A program made the position numbers and the translations under genes. The notes beneath the pieces are model-generated. The model worked only from the letters and a program-made list of their open reading frames with translations. It did no database searches and was not told where the DNA came from. From Amoebidium appalachense (lineage: Eukaryota; Protista; Ichthyosporea): 64,000 bases of DNA. Below, in pieces: positions 1-35,850 of this stretch (position 1 is its first letter; every line of letters begins with the position of its first letter). Location of the stretch: the NCBI GenBank assembly GCA_963693365.1, contig CAVNZM010000005.1:7448710-7512709 (forward strand). Reading direction: 5' to 3'.

Positions 1-58
1 GAATGAGTGAGCGGGTGAGTGAGCGAGTGGGTGGGTGGGTGGGTGGGTGGGTGGGTGA

Positions 59-150
<92 letters not shown>

Positions 151-162
151 GTGCGCGCGTGC

Positions 163-200
<38 letters not shown>

Positions 201-535
201 ACGTCATGGCAAGGGCAACATACAATCTTTGCGTCAAGTGTGAAATTTGTCTGTCCAACTGCGCTTTTGCTGTCCGTGATTGCGGAGGTGAGCACGATTG
301 TTCGTGGCTCTTTTTGTTCATTTTTGTATAAATTTTTTCTTTCTTTTTCTTTTCTCTCTCTTCCTTCCTTCTTTCTTTCAATTTCCCTTCCTCTCTTTCA
401 TCCTCTTTCTTTCATTCTTTTGTTTTTTCTTTCTTTCTTTCTTTCTTCCATCCTTTCTTTTCCTTTTCTTTTTTTTCTTTCTTTCTTTCTTTCTTTTTTT
501 CTTTGGGGGTTTTTTTTTGTGTGTGTGTGGGGGGG

Positions 536-638
<103 letters not shown>

Positions 639-644
639 CGCGAG

Positions 645-681
<37 letters not shown>

Positions 682-784
682 AGGGTAGGTGAGGGATAAC
701 GGTTTAAAAAAATATAAATATCTTGACACACATCCAAATTCCTACTGCATATCCAAAGTATATCCATCCCATATATATATCTAC

Positions 785-2032
785 CTGCACGTGACTGAGA
801 CTGTTTTGCAGCCGCCGCCAGCTGCGCCGCCTGAGCCTTCACCTCCTTTTGATGTTTCGAACTGCTCTCATGCCCCCTATATGTCGCCTCGTTGGAAAAC
901 TTTTTCTTGCACAATTTACAATAGAAATCCGCCGGACTCCTACCCCCGCCCCCGCCCCCGCTTTTCCCAGTGTTTGAACCCGGGGTTAATGCGGTTGGCT
1001 GGTTAGCGCCTTTCGTCGTAGTGGTTGGCGCATTTTGATTGGGTCTTATCGGCGTGTTTTGATTGGTGGTTGTTCTGCTTGGCGTTGTGGTGGTGTGGTG
1101 CAAGGGGGTTTGGGTCCCCCCGGGAGCACCGCCCGGTTTCCTTGGGGTTGTTTGGTTTTTGGATGCGGCAGTGGTGGTGGGGGGTGGGGGGCTCGGTTCG
1201 CGTAATGGGAAAGGGTCGATTTTGAATGATGTGCGGAACGGTTTTCCTCCGATGCTGCCGGCGACGGAGGCGAGAAAGGCGGTGGGTGTGGAGAGGGGTG
1301 GTTCGACTAAGATAGGCAAGAACACTGTAAGGAAGGAAAACGCCAGTTAGAAAAGCTCTATGTCCTAAAAATGTAGGGAAAGTGGGGTCCCGGGGAGACG
1401 GGGGGGGAGGGAGGGAGGGGGGCTCAAGATGCCATGTGAATAGGAAGATAGGCAGAGGGGCCGGTCAACGGGCCACCAAGGACGGAGTAGTGAGGGAGAG
1501 ATGAGGAAGGGAAGGGGGGAGTGGGGAGGGGGAGAGGGGGGGTGTCACAGTGCGCAGAGTACAAAGTACACATTCACGACCGATAAAACCATGCAGATTG
1601 TGCAAAAAAGGGCACACACAAAGTGGTATGCTCAGCTGCTTTTGTGAATGTTTGTCCTGGGGGGAAGAAAAAATAGGGAAGAGAATAAAGAGGAGGTCGC
1701 GGGGAGCGAGGGAGGCGGAAAGAGAGGGTGTGTGTGTGTGGGGGGGGGGGGGGGGGGGGGTGGGAAGGGGGGGTGGGTGGTGGTGGTGGTGGGGGGGGGG
1801 GGGGTGAAAGGGCCCAAGAGACTGAGGGGCAGGAAGGGAGATCAAGAGTTGAGGGGGGGGCGGGGGGGCGGGGGGAGGGGGGGGGGGGGGGGGGGGAGGG
1901 GGGAGTGGGGGCGGAGAAAAATGGTTTGTAGGGCAGAGGGCCGAGAAAAAGAAGGGGAGAAGTAAGAGCCGGAGGGAGGGAAGGAGGGAGGGAGGGAGTG
2001 GAGGATAACGAGAACAGAGGAAAAAGGGAGAA

Positions 2033-2067
<35 letters not shown>

Positions 2068-2442
2068 GGAAAGAGGAGAGCGCGAGAGAGAAAGAGAGAG
2101 AAAGAGAGAGAGGCACAGAGAGAGGGGGGAGGGGGGGCGGGGGAAGAGAGAGAGAGAGAGGGTGGGTGGGTGGATGGGAGAAGGGAGGGAGGCAAAAAGA
2201 GGGTGTGTGGTAAGAGAGCGAGAGAGAGGGAGAGAGAGAGGGAGAGGGGGGGGGGGGGGGGAAGGAGGGAGGGAGGGAGAGAGAGAGAGAGGGGGGGGGG
2301 GGGGGGGGAGGGGGGGAGAGAGAGAGGTAGAGAGAAGAGCTAAGAATGAAAAGGGGGGTGGGGGGGAGGGCAGCGAGGGGAAGAGAGGAGAGGGTGGAGG
2401 CAAAGGGGGGACATGCAGTTGGGGGAGGGAGGAAGGAAGGAA

Positions 2443-2478
<36 letters not shown>

Positions 2479-2507
2479 AGGGAGGGCATATCCGGAAAGT
2501 TTACCAT
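785..2507 (-). CDS. Partial multi-exon gene for a U1/matrin(JAZ)-type C2H2 zinc-finger protein; probably continues off the left edge
   Basis: Exon 1324-785 (cag|...|gtag) encodes a Pro/Thr/Gly-rich region and then FYCKLCKKKFSNEATYRGHESSSKHQK (C-X2-C-X12-H-X5-H). Candidate upstream exons 1656-1581 (DKHSQKQLSIPLCVCPFLHNLHGFI) and ATG|gtaa at 2507-2505 join in frame. The 5' exons and any downstream exon (possibly about 200-290) are uncertain. Confidence 0.6.
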
Positions 2508-3347
2508 CTGTGGCGAGGGCGGCCGGACAGACCAGCGGCAGGTGAGACCAACCCATGGCGTTTGGGCTCTATAATAACACTTATTTGGCAGCCTATAAGC
2601 TGAACGTAAATTTTGCATATGCAATACTAATAATTGTAACAGGTTTGACCTTTATAACCATACTACTTTTCCAAGTTAGTTGGCCGGGAGTCCGGCGCAG
2701 GAACTTCCAAGTCGAGCCTCGAGGTGAACTTTGCAAAGGAACTTACAGCCCTCCACAGACACAGGGTTCGGAATACCATCCTATTACAAGATTTTGCAAT
2801 CAAAGTCCCAGGAGTCAGGACCAGGAACATGTGTCTACTGATGGAGTATGATTAAAACTCTCGAGGCCATAGATGGACAGACACGGCGTATTCCTTCGTA
2901 GTGTACCCTTCCTTTTCTCCTCATAAATGTAATGCAGTATACTGTACACAAAGGTTTTGGTTGTTGCTTCTTAACTAAGTCCGAGTATTTCATTCATTTC
3001 GCAATCAAAGTACACTATTACAGCATCTTAAGCTTGGATATTCTTAAGCAGGGACTCCATGGCGGACCAATGGGTATCGAGGCTCGCACTTCAAGATTTC
3101 TAAAACCTCGGGAATCCCTGTAGACGGCACGAACACAAGGGGGGGGGGGGGGGGGGGAGGGGGGGGGGGGGGGGGGGAGAACGGCAAGGTTCTATTACAA
3201 TCTTCAGGCCTAGTGTTGCAGAACTCTTGTGCTGCAGCGACGGCTCCAAAAAGAAGAGCACAAGTCAACAGAAAGCTTTGCTGCAAGTAGCCTCCCATAT
3301 ACGCTGAGAGGATTCTATAATCTTTATACAGGGAAGACTGGTGGAGT

Positions 3348-19127
<15,780 letters not shown>

Positions 19128-19240
19128 GAATATGCGAGGATACAGGGTGAATGTGTGAGGAATACGGGACGAATATGTGGGGGATAGGAGATGAATATGT
19201 GGGGAATAGGCGGGTGAATAGATGAGGAATAAGCGAAGAG
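19128..19240 (+). repeat. Degenerate 22-bp tandem repeat immediately after the TMTC stop codon
   Basis: GAATATGCGAGGATACAGGGT / GAATGTGTGAGGAATACGGGAC / GAATATGTGGGGGATAGGAGAT / GAATATGTGGGGAATAGGCGGGT / GAATAGATGAGGAATAAGC. Confidence 0.75.
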
Positions 19241-19593
19241 GGCAAGGAATACGGAGAATATAGTATTACGTGAACGTATGCTTTTGGGGTTATGCATGCC
19301 GCTGTCTGGTACTGTGCAGTCCGCATCTGTGCAACTCTCGACAGTTGTTTGTGTTTGTTATTGTGGCAACGCACACGTTACCCTGGCTGTGACACCAGTA
19401 CCCAAGCATGTAGCATAGTACTGAGTACACACCGGTAAAAAAATTTAGCAAAGCTGTTTTCTACCGTAATAGGTGCAGACATCGTATGCACATTTACCTG
19501 CGCTCACGCACACATGCAGAAGGGCACACACCGTCGGCACACATGCACATGCAGTGTAACTGACGCGCACGCGCGCGTGCGCACACACACACA

Positions 19594-19644
<51 letters not shown>

Positions 19645-20199
19645 ACACACATGTAAATAGAAATGTTTTGTGTATTCAATAGGCACTGAGTCTCGTAGCG
19701 TGACTATCTCATAAGATAAAATACCAAATACCTACATTTCAGGTGACCCCTGATTTCGCCGAATGATCAATTAAACGCACGGAATCTTGCCATATCCTTG
19801 CCATGCGGTCCAACCGATATTGAAACGTTGGTGCCTATGTTATATTTTAGTATCTTTATTATGTAGCTTTCTCCCTTGGTGGAAGGTGGAACTACTTGAA
19901 CTAGCATTCGAATTGCTTATTAAATTTATGTACACTTTGGGACATGCTGCATTAGCATGGGGCGCCACGGAACTTGTTTATGTTCCCCTGATCATATTAG
20001 ATGTGTATATATTCGTGATGGCATGTCTGGAGAAAAAAATGGCACACACGCACCCACACACGCACACACACGCTCTCTCTCTCTCTGCTCCCCCACCTCC
20101 CGCCCCCACCACCTCCCCCCTCCCCCCTCTCCCCCTCCCCCCTCTCCCCCTCCGCTCCCCCCCCTCCGCCCTAACCAAACTTCCCCCATCAAGATCTTG

Positions 20200-20407
<208 letters not shown>

Positions 20408-20733
20408 CCCCCCCTCTCCCCCCCCCCCCCCCCCTTGTTATCGAATTAGAACTGTTCGAACCGCGCGGCGGCCCTGCCTCCATATCGACTCCTGCGGACT
20501 CACGGAGGCACCGGCCGTAGGGGCACGTGACCAATATCTGTATTGACGCTATGTATCAAAGGCATGCTAAAGGGTGACTTCCAATCCTTAAAGAGTATTA
20601 AGAGCTCCATTAAAGGCAGAGAACATGTGACAGACAGCCAGACCTTGTACATGTGTTGTTTATTTCGGAACGAAAGAGGGATCTATGGTTCCGCGCCGAA
20701 ATTTGAGAAGCCAATCAGACGCGTTTCCGGGAT

Positions 20734-21141
20734 CAGGGGTTGAATTGCGACCCAAAATCGTCGTTTTTACGATGAAGCTCAGGGGGTAAAAACGGGTAAC
20801 GCTGTGAGGTGCTGTATTGGTTTTTCGTAACAGTGAAGTAGGCCAAAATAGAGTATTTCGGTGTTTTTTCATACCAAAATGGGTGTTTTCCTAGGTAAAA
20901 GGTGGTCAGGTCGTTATTTTGGCACTCCAGAGCGGAATATGAAGCCCTGTTTTGTCTCTTAGGGTGTGTAATTGCTAAGGGAGTGTAGAATTTACTGAAA
21001 CAGATCGTCAATTTTAATAATAATGTAGGGGGTCTATACGAGTCGTAAATGAGACGAACCCCGGCAATACGTTTTAGAACTTTTGCAAAACGATTACGTG
21101 TATGGCAAAACGGGTAGCGCAGTCAAACCCCACAACCCCTG
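20734..21141. mobile_element. hAT-type MITE (non-autonomous), 408 bp
   Basis: Perfect 9-bp TIR CAGGGGTTG...CAACCCCTG with imperfect subterminal symmetry. Flanks TTCCGGGAT (left) and TTCCGGGT (right) give an 8-bp TSD with one indel. CAGGGG termini with an 8-bp TSD are typical of hAT elements. Confidence 0.7.
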
Positions 21142-21606
21142 TTCCGGGTGGCTGCTGCACTAATCAAACCACTGCGCACCAAGAGCCGACGGGGGCAAAG
21201 TATTTTGAATTGTTCGTTTTCTGGTACGACTACATATATATTTATTACTGGAGGGTAGGCCGAGGCAGTCATCAAATCGTCTTGAACGAAAGTGCTCAGT
21301 TGTGTGTGGCAGTTTTAATATAACGTTTTATTGTTTGATAGTTTCTCTTTTATACTATAAATATGTTATATACTTTTTTAGCGCGAGTTGCAATTGAGGA
21401 CTCGAGGAGAGCCTGTCAGACTGAAACCCTTGAGCAGACAACCAGCACTGGTGGTTTTTCACCACATTTGCCCTCCTCCCACAAGAATCTGGCCGTCAAA
21501 ACAAAGGCCAGAAAGAGTTTCAAAAGAAGAGGTTCAACTGATGATGCTCACTGCCCACTCTGTTAGATAGTCAGTGTAGTGCCTGACGCATACGAACTAA
21601 CACAAA

Positions 21607-22389
<783 letters not shown>

Positions 22390-22404
22390 ATACACCCAAA
22401 AAAA

Positions 22405-27639
<5,235 letters not shown>

Positions 27640-27895
27640 GATTCGATTGCAAATTTTCACGCCGATCGCACCGCAGTCTCCGGTGCGCGGGCGTGCAAGC
27701 AAGTAGCGGCAGCTGTCGCCCGCGCCAAATTTAGACATACATAGGGAATTGGTGGGGTAGTGGAGAGGTGAAAGGGTGTTAAATATATAAGTCGCTAAAA
27801 GGTTTTGCGGAATCGTTTCATATGCATGGTGATATGTACAGAGGTGCTGAGGCACTTTTTCCCTCTTTCCCTTTCAAATAGATAACTTTTCCTGT

Positions 27896-27926
<31 letters not shown>

Positions 27927-27932
27927 TTTTTT

Positions 27933-27964
<32 letters not shown>

Positions 27965-28307
27965 TCCTGTTATTGCTAAGACTCGTTGCTAACATGTGTT
28001 CAACATTTTATCCTATGAACTCACCTGGCGTGAGGTTTAGATACACAGTAGATATACTGTTAGATATCCGAAGGATATGCTGAAGGAACACAAACTCCGA
28101 AGGGGAAAAAAAAAACATGTACTAAAAAACAAACATTAACAGGCCAGAGGTACTTGTCTTGCTGCAATTTTCGCTTCTCTGTCCGACATTTATGCCAATC
28201 ACGTGATTTCTAAATAAGGGCACACACCATATTAGGCAAAAGCCAATATATCGAGGCTGGCAATATATTTTTCAAGGCTGCATGCGAGAGGCAATATCAT
28301 GTACATG

Positions 28308-28381
28308 TGACCAGCCGATCCCGCATTGGATCGATCCCGGACCCTTGAAAAATAAGGGCTACCTCAGAAGGTAGCTGGTCA
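28308..28381. other. 74-nt four-way-junction (cloverleaf-like) structure; not a canonical tRNA
   Basis: Perfect stems TGACCAG/CTGGTCA (7 bp), CGATCC/GGATCG (6), CCCTT/AAGGG (5, 7-nt loop) and CTACCT/AGGTAG (6). No TTCRA T-loop and no tRNA spacing. Confidence 0.45.
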
Positions 28382-28430
28382 GCAGCTGTAGAGTCGGTGT
28401 GTGTATGTGCGCGCATGTGTGTGAACGGTT

Positions 28431-28464
<34 letters not shown>

Positions 28465-28468
28465 GGAT

Positions 28469-28517
28469 GACCGTACCTCTCCTATCCATAGATCTCTATC
28501 CAGTATAATCTAGAGAG
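28469..28517. repeat. 49-bp dispersed repeat, copy 1
   Basis: GACCGTACCTCTCCTATCCATAGATCTCTATCCAGTATAATCTAGAGAG; 48/49 identical to 44151-44199. Confidence 0.9.
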
Positions 28518-29451
28518 ACGGGGGTTTGGGGGGTCCCACATGTATGCTTTTTTCTTGTTCATTGGCTGTGACACACCCTCCAATGAAACCCTTGAATTCC
28601 TCTTTTGCCCACCTCTTCTTTTCCCTTGACGATCACGTGCCCATCATGAACGCGTATTCTCGCCTTTTTGCGTTCCTGTTAGTCTTTGCGAGTGCCTGCT
28701 GTGTTCCCTGTTGTTGGCGCCAAAGTCTTTTTTGCCGTGAAAAACTTCGCTTCCCTCCGCGCCTTTTCAGCCTCCGCGCCTTTTCCTTCGGTTCCCTCCC
28801 CGCCTTTTTTTGAAACCGTCAACGGTTGAGTGCACACAGACAATACAAAACCATGGCTCTTCCTTGTTCTGCTTGGCGTGGCTTCGACCGCACACGCACC
28901 AACCGCCTGTGGAATGGTGACTGTTTCCGGTGCGTTTGGAACTTTACTTCCCGACTACGTTCGTTTCCCGTTTCCTTTCGTCCCTCGCTTACCTCTCTCC
29001 CGTGACTGTGGGTGGCCGGCCTACCAATGCGTGGCCTTCCGCTGCCAATACCCATGCATTGGACTTTGGGGGGGGGGGGGGGGGGGGGGGGGGGGAGGGG
29101 GGGGGGGGGGGGGATAGAAAGTGAATAAAGGGCAAATTTAAAAAAGCGCACAAAATATGAGCAACGATGTTAATTCTTAGGGCTGCAGCTCACGAACAAT
29201 TGGTAGCTGCACCATGCATCGGTGCGAGGTACACTCCTGCGAGATCCGATGCTCCACATGATGCTATCATGGTCCAGCCGGACATGAAGGGTAACCTATA
29301 GTATTTGGGCGGGACGTTTTGCCATGCGGGAGCGCAAAAAAAAAAAAAAAATGCTTTTTATAAAACCAAAAAAAAAAGTAGGAATATAGGCTGGAAATCA
29401 AAACAGATGTCACGGAGAGGCGGGAATGATCGATGATCCAGATCTAGAAGT

Positions 29452-29488
<37 letters not shown>

Positions 29489-30128
29489 GGGAAGGCCAGG
29501 CCAGCGGGGATATTTGCCCGACTTCTCAACACTTTTGATAGTCTTGCAATCGCTTTAGTAATCATGTAACTGACACAGTCCGTTAGTCCTTTTATTGACA
29601 AAATATAAAATAGGGACATATGCCTACCATATAAGGATAATCGGATTAACTGTGATGTTTCCATATTTAGCAACAGCACCACCAGGGGCCATTTCGTATA
29701 TCCGGGGACGTTTCCTTTTTCTTTCAAGCTACATATACATAATATTATACTTGGTTGAGTGGATTAGCTGCTATGTTTCCTTATTTAACAGGTGTAACTA
29801 TTTAGGGATATTCAGGGATAAAATGGGCTAATTAACCAATTAGCTGTCATATTTCCATATTTAGCTACATCAATGTCTGGAATGTGTTAAAACAATCCTT
29901 CTTGTGCAAACCAAGGCGACAACAGGGAAACAAAACCCTAAGGGAAAGAAAGAATGGAAAAGGTAGAAGAAAGGAAGAAAGAAGGGGGAAAAGAGGCGAT
30001 TTGTTACGGGAAAAAGCACCCTTTAAGTAACCGGTATTTTTACGAACGATCAGATCCTCATGGCTCGGAATCTCTAGAACTATATGTACATATACACAGA
30101 GCCAAGATATCTAGATGCGCATCTTACT

Positions 30129-30159
<31 letters not shown>

Positions 30160-30379
30160 ATAAAAACAAAAAATAAAAATAAAAATAGAACCCCTCCCCC
30201 CTCCCTCGTTCAATCCCCAAACCATGCCTGGCCTAAGTAGAGGCCCAAATGCGCAATACAAAGCATTCAAATCAATCTTCCAGGAGAGCACAAGAAAAAA
30301 CCAACAACTTTTGGGTCCTTATCAAACTATGCCCGACCATCGCCCTAATGTCGTGGTGTGGCAACAAAAAACGCGCGCG

Positions 30380-30431
<52 letters not shown>

Positions 30432-30915
30432 TTGTCCGCATCCTAAACTATACACATTTTTCCATTTCGACATTATCCCGTATCTTCACATGTATCCCGA
30501 TTTTCTTTGAACCGTCTCCCCCCCCCCCCCCCCCCCCCCCCTCCCCTCCAAGCCATGTTCAAACATGCATTTCGTATCTATGCCAAAATTTCCAAAATGT
30601 ATACAAATACTTACGATTATATCTACTACCCCTAACCCTTTCGGTATCCGGCAATATCATTCATAAACGCCCCCGAACCACCCACGAATTACGCACAAAC
30701 CACATGTGGTCTAAACTATCCCCAGCAAGGCAGGTTTACGTGTAAACTATCCAAAAAACAATCCAAAAGATACGTCAATATTATCCCACTATCACCAGTT
30801 CTTATATACCAGGTGTAAGCTATCCCGAAATTACGACGTCGATATCCGCATATCACCAAGCGCGATGACCGTCCTGAGCACACACAATCTTCTTCCGTGT
30901 AAAACTATCACAAAA

Positions 30916-31154
30916 TTACGCCGGGACTATCTCACCACCGCCATGCAGCAGCCTCCCCACGACCTCCACCATGCCCAGCAGGGTGATGGGTTTAGTCATC
31001 CAGTCGTCGAAATTTCGCCTCTCGGGGGATGACTCGTCGGGGACTTGGAAACTGGCAGAGAGGGCCACCACCTTGGGATGCTGCAGTGGGTCGATTTGTT
31101 AAAATTCAAATTGCAAGAGATCGTGAGGATTTTTGTGTATGAAATGCGTGATAA

Positions 31155-31205
<51 letters not shown>

Positions 31206-31452
31206 AAACACACCTTTCTCTCATGTCCCCCCCCCCCCCCCCCCCCCCCCCCCCGTCCCCTAAAAAAGAAAAAAAAAAAAAAATTCCAGGCAGATAATCA
31301 ACCGAGTAACGGAGGCCGCGCGCGCGCATTGGTGTCAAAGGGGTAGGGGCCGAAGGGAAGGGAAGGGGGGGGGAAGACCAATAACGAACCTTCTGTGTAT
31401 CCGTAGCCTTTATTCTTGCTGCCGCTGAGTAGCCATCCATCACCGGCATCTG

Positions 31453-31497
<45 letters not shown>

Positions 31498-31528
31498 GTC
31501 AGCAACACATGCTTTTAGCCCTACGTGT

Positions 31529-31570
<42 letters not shown>

Positions 31571-31726
31571 ACACCCCACCCCACCCACCTAAAAAACAAA
31601 AAAAACAAAAAAAACAAAAAAAACAAAAAAAAAAACGGCTCCTGCCTGATCTTAGTTTTTCCTTGCGGGATTAGAATGATTCACAGAAAACGAAGTACAC
31701 GCTCACAACAGAAAGCACAATGCCTA

Positions 31727-31763
<37 letters not shown>

Positions 31764-32590
31764 CATGGTGGTGGTGGTGGGTAGGTGGTGTGTGTGTGTG
31801 TGTGTGTGTGCCATGGTGGTGGTGGTGGGTAGGTGGTGTGTGTGTGTGTGTGTGGGGGGGGGGGGGGAGGGGGGAAGGGGTGCGATGGAGAGAGGAACAC
31901 ACAATTGTAGGGCGGACATTCGCACAAACATAAAACTCACCCACCCACCCACCCACCCACCCACCCACCCACACCCACCCACACGTAAACCCACCTGTAT
32001 GTCCATGAACACGAGGTCATATGCTCTCTCAGTCGCCTCCTCCACCATCCTCACCCCTACCTCTCCGTTTTCCGCCAAGTCCACATTTTCGAACCCTAAA
32101 CTTTTCAGTAATTTCGACACCACCAGCTGGTTCAACCGATTGTCCTCGACGACCAAAACCCGGATGTTCGCGTTTTCCGGATTGAAATGCGGACCTCTCA
32201 TTACAGATTTTGACCCGGAATCCGTTTTGGTTGACCTGCTTTCGTCCGAATCGGTTCGGCTTCTCTTCCGGGCCACCCGTTCCCTCGACCTGCAACTCCT
32301 TTGCCTCCTCGTTTGACGGATGGTGGGGTTTTTGGCGTCGGCCTGGGGTTCTTCGTCTTCCTGAGGTGAAATTTCATCGCAATCGTTTTCGATCAAATCC
32401 GATCCGTGGTTGCTGATCTCCCCCTCTGAGTCATCGATATGGGGCCTCTTGCTTGACTGCTCCAATGACAACCTGTGGTTTGTGGGAAAAGGGTCAGGTC
32501 AGGTTGATGTGCCATAAATAGGTTTGACCTGCTAACAGCAATTTTGGACGGATAGTGGGGATAATGGTTGACCAAGGAATGGTGCACAGC

Positions 32591-32650
<60 letters not shown>

Positions 32651-32713
32651 TTGCGCGCGCGCGCACACACACACACGCAAGCGCGCGCGCGCACACACAG
32701 ACACACACACACA

Positions 32714-32749
<36 letters not shown>

Positions 32750-32811
32750 GTCCTGCGTAAATCTCCACCGACCCGCCCACCCCAGCACACAACACACACA
32801 ACACACACACA

Positions 32812-32872
<61 letters not shown>

Positions 32873-33380
32873 ATCCGCAAGAATTCCGCCCTTACCTCTG
32901 GCTGCTCTCAAACGACAGCAAATGGCTGATGTCCTCCTCCTTTACATTCGGGCCGGTCCACCCCTTGCGACCCGGTTCGTTGCAGTTCGACTCGACCCGC
33001 AAGGTGAGCACCATATCCATGGTTGTGCCCTTGCCGACGGCCGTGTTCAAGGGGTTAACCCCAATGGTGCCGGCCATGAGTTTAACCAGTTTGCTGCAGA
33101 TGGCTAGCCCCAGCCCGGACCCCCCGTACTTGCGCGTGGTGCTGGCATCGACCTAAAATGGGGGAAGGGGGAGGGAAAGGGGGGGGGGGGGGGGGTAGTA
33201 AAGGTAAGCGCATAACGTCGGGGGTTGAGGTCAAATTGGCTTTTGCAAAACGTTCACCAAAAGAAAATCAGGCGGAGGCAAAGACAACCAGGCAGATACA
33301 ACGAAAAACAGGGGATAAAAAACGAGCATCAGTGATAAATCAGGGAAAATCAGGGATAGCCAACAAGAGAACCAGTGAAA

Positions 33381-33438
<58 letters not shown>

Positions 33439-33734
33439 AAAAAAAAAAAAAAAAGACGGGCATAAGCCAACGAAAGTCGGTGATCGGTACATTAGTAGAT
33501 TAAACAGCAAGGGCTTTCGGGCCAAAAACATGGGTACAGACACACAACAACATACCTGCGTGAACGAGTCGAATATAGTCTCGTACTTATCCGGGGGTAC
33601 CCCTATACCCGTATCCTCCACAGAGAACCTCAAAGTCACGTGATCACCGGTCCTCGACTCGACGTGGCAGCCAATCGTGACACGACCACCAGACGGCGTG
33701 AACTTGAGCGAGTTGGACACGAGATTGTTGAGAA

Positions 33735-33797
<63 letters not shown>

Positions 33798-33803
33798 TTT
33801 GTG

Positions 33804-33838
<35 letters not shown>

Positions 33839-33986
33839 CAGCAGTGTGTTTCGGGGTATTGAGTATACATACATTCACGACCGACGACACAATCAGATTT
33901 TGTGCAAAAACACATAATAAGAGTATGCATCCTAGGCACAGCTCTTTAGAGGCCTGCGGGGAGGAGATGCCGGAAGAGAGGTGGGG

Positions 33987-34022
<36 letters not shown>

Positions 34023-34100
34023 ATCGAGAAGCTCATTAACTCCAAACTTCTTCTCTTTTCTCAAAGAAAGTAAGAAGGGAGAGGGGAAGAAAAAAAAAAA

Positions 34101-34142
<42 letters not shown>

Positions 34143-35046
34143 AGAAAAAAAATAAAAATAGAAATAAAAAGGGCAAGGAAAGTAGAACACACCTGCAGTA
34201 GCCGTGTGCTATCAGCCATTACACTTGTGGGCACGTCTCCTCCCAGCTCCACACTCAGACACACCCCCTTGTCCTCGGCTGCCCGCTGGAACAGGGACTG
34301 GGTCTGAAGGGGGGGGGGGGGGGGGGACATGTGAGATGGAGACATTGCGAAAAACAGACCCCTTCAGCCCAGCCCTCCGCAGAACCAAACACACACACAC
34401 ACACAAGCCCCCCCCCCCCCCCCAACCCACAAACACGAATATACGCACACACGCACAGTCCTCGAACACAAACATACTCATCCACATACATGCACAACCC
34501 ACACCTACATGCACACACATAATCACACATATCCCACATACCTCATGCAGCAATCCAGCGATCCTGATTGGTCGCATCTCCAGCTCGACCTTATAACACT
34601 CCATCTTGGAGAATAGCAACACGTCATTTAAAATGTTTAAAAGATAACGGCTGCTCGTCTTTAGGGTGTCCATAAGCTCCCGTTGCTCAGAGGTAAGCCT
34701 GGAAGCTGCTAGAAGGTCACCAGTGGTGATGATCCCGCTCATTGGAGTGCGGATCTCGTGCGACTAGGTGTGTGTGTGTGTGTGCATGTGTGTGTGTGGT
34801 CATGCGCGGGGGGGGGGGAGGGGAGGGGGGGGAGGGGGGGGGAGAGAGAGAGAGAGAGGGGGGGGGGGGAAGAGGGTGTTAACAGAGTACGAAGCACAGA
34901 TTCACGACGAACGAACAACAAAGCAGGGATCAGGAAGGAAGAATGGAAAATGAGAAGCCACTACAAAACATGTTCTAAGACCATTTAGGTCAGAGTTAGC
35001 ATACCATTTTGACGTTCAACACAATGCCAGTAGTGCCATCAACCAT

Positions 35047-35094
<48 letters not shown>

Positions 35095-35813
35095 CGACAC
35101 TAGACATGCGATCCATTCTATACCCAAAAAAAGACAATCCCGTAATATACCAAAATAAGGCAATCCCACTGCACACCCAAAAAAGGCAACTCCACTGCAT
35201 GCCAAACATACCATCTGAGCCAGAAACTGGCTCTTTGTCCTCGTGGCCTCCTCCGCCTTGTCCCTTAAAGCCAACGCCGCCTCCTTGCTCCGCCTTAAAT
35301 TCTCCTCGAGTTCCTTTCGCTCCTTTAAGTTGCGTATCCTTTTACGTAAGACGACCTCTTTGTTTTTGGAAACGAAATCCTCAGGCGGAACGTAGTAGAA
35401 GTTGTCGAATACTTCCATGTCCACGTGCGCAACGGGGTGCACGGTGAGGATCTGTGTGTAAGTGTATGTGTACGTGTATGTGTGTGTGTGTGTGTGCGCG
35501 CGTGCGCGTGCAGAGGCGTCAGACACGCAGACACATACAACTGCTCCCCCACATGAAAACTGCTCCCCCACATCAAAACACCTTCCTACCCCACCAATCC
35601 AACCTACACACACAGGAATGTAACAAAACACAACCACAAATTAAGCCACACATACACGAGACACCCGTACACCCAACAAGCCCACAATACATAACACACA
35701 AAATAAACACACACACACACACACATACACACCCACACACATGCGCACCTCTCCTTCCTAACAAAACACACCCACCCACCCACACGCCCACACACACACA
35801 CGCCCGGGGCACA

Positions 35814-35850
<37 letters not shown>

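Noticed and set aside
27668-27725. GC-rich hairpins in the cytochrome b561 3' UTR as a SECIS or other regulatory element
   Set aside because: Only 6-9-bp stems, no SECIS core, and no in-frame UGA in the CDS.
28308-28381. tRNA or iron-responsive element
   Set aside because: It lacks the T-loop TTCRA and tRNA spacing, and the loop is not CAGUGH. It is kept only as an unexplained structure.
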